Positions 20,473 through 21,638 of a DNA stretch of 21,638 nucleotides are shown here, piece after piece. Within the stretch, counting starts at the first letter, position 1. The number at the start of each line of letters is the position of its first letter. The stretch is from Catajapyx aquilonaris (taxonomy: Eukaryota), in NCBI GenBank assembly GCA_000934665.2, contig KZ538321.1, forward strand, positions 62,001 to 83,638. The letters are read 5' to 3'. Position numbers and translations under genes: made by a program. The notes beneath the pieces were generated by a model, which saw only the letters and a list, made by a program, of their open reading frames with translations, did not search any database and was not told the origin of the DNA.

Positions 20473-20763
20473 AAATAATAATTCATACCCCGTTATCAGC
20501 CGGCGCGGCGGCTCTTTAGGGGGGAAATGTTTGTTTTTGACTGGAACTCTTTGCTTTCATTTTACTTTGCTTTTTGGGATAGGATAGGGACGGAAGGAAG
20601 CGGCTGCGGCCTGTTGTTACGGAAACGACCCCAGAATTATCCTGGAAGGACCGTGGGAAACCACAGAAAACCACGGTCAGGGTCGCAGGCTCCGGGATTC
20701 GAACCCAGGACCTCCCGATTAGCAGGCGGACTCCATATCCAATACACCAACCTGCTTCGGTTA
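20473..20763 (-). mobile_element. Full-length tRNA-derived SINE, family A
   Basis: On the minus strand: A box TGGTGTATTGG (20749-20739), B box GGTTCGAATCC (20705-20695), acceptor-stem-like GCAGGTT/AGCCTGC, body GGTTTTCTGTGGTTTCCC, 3' stem-loop and an ATT tail. Exact 14-bp TSD ATTATGACAATATA at 20459-20472 and 20764-20777. A second copy lies at 975-1147. Confidence 0.95.
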
Positions 20764-21638
20764 ATTATGACAATATATATTCCTCCTTATTTTGGGCTTC
20801 ACATCACACTCAGTTAATGCTGTCAGGGATATGGAGTGTCAGAGTGAGATTCAGATAAGGCGATTGGTGGCAGTTGCCCTTTAAAAAGGCGGACAATAGT
20901 CAGTAACATTCGGATTTTCACCAGGTATCGGTCGCTGCCGTGGCCAATAAATTCTAAAGGCACAAATTTTATTTGAGTATTCTCGGTTTGGAGGCAGATT
21001 AAGTTTTTGTTATGTTACTGTTAGGTGTAAGATGTCCTTCAGAGAATGTAAACCGTCAAGCAGTGTTACTAGACTTGTAGTGTTTTAGTCAGGTATCGAT
21101 ACAATGATAACATGATCAAAACTGAATATTGCCGTTGCAAGTCGTATAATGATTCCTCTCAGTCGCAAATGATGCCAGAAATTTTTTCGATCTTAGAATT
21201 GGTCAAGGAATCACCCTATTAAATCGTAGCGAAGTCATGAGTTATTGACCACCCTGACTGTCATTACATTCATTTTACAAGTAAGATGGTAAAGTAAGAT
21301 GGGGCATACTAATAGAGCCAGGGGCCTCTGAGCTGTGATTTAGTTGAGAATCCTACGTATAATCTTATAATAAGACCATATCTGCACCACCTTTTCTCTT
21401 AATGACATTGCTTGAATGGAATATAACCTTGTAAGACCAGACTTTTAAGCAGAACTGCAGAAGGATAATTTTAGACCCGATTTTAACACCAAGGTCTATA
21501 TAAGCAATCTACGTACTTACGGCTTGCCTATATACTGTAGATATCAATAGTAGTGATAATACAGTATATTAATTGATCAGTCACATTAATCAATATTGAT
21601 AAGCATGGAAAATGTTTCATCCTTAAGGTGGTCTCATT

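Noticed and set aside
20685..20756. Functional tRNA gene (GCT anticodon-like loop)
   Set aside because: It is embedded in a TSD-flanked SINE, the anticodon stem is mismatched, and the long variable arm expected for tRNA-Ser is missing.
1..21638. CRISPR array, operon or other prokaryotic system; Dscam-like tandem exon array
   Set aside because: There is no repeat-spacer periodicity, no dense ORFs and no paralogous exon copies. SINEs, MITEs and spliceosomal signals indicate animal nuclear DNA.

Overview
Eukaryotic (animal, probably arthropod) genomic DNA of roughly 40% GC by eye, mostly non-coding. None of the listed ORFs is a convincing stand-alone gene. The best coding evidence is two minus-strand exons (19027-18983, 18884-18712) joined in frame by a 98-nt intron, plus a well-formed 6-nt microexon candidate (12134-12129). 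The protein is unidentified, and most of the window is probably intron. Mobile DNA comprises three tRNA-type SINE insertions with exact 13-15 bp target-site duplications (two families sharing one 3' stem-loop design), three MITEs, and many TA-CWG-TA and TA-GGC(C)-TA words that resemble DNA-transposon excision footprints. The main unexplained signal is about 15 GC-richer islands of 90-620 nt spread from about 200 to 20440. Each folds back on itself into nested or branched stems, but they share almost no primary sequence. Their non-Watson-Crick pairs are mostly G-U when read on the + strand, which is antisense to the coding exons. This suggests a long modular structured RNA or a set of structured RNAs. 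All pairings were found by eye; no folding program or database search was run.
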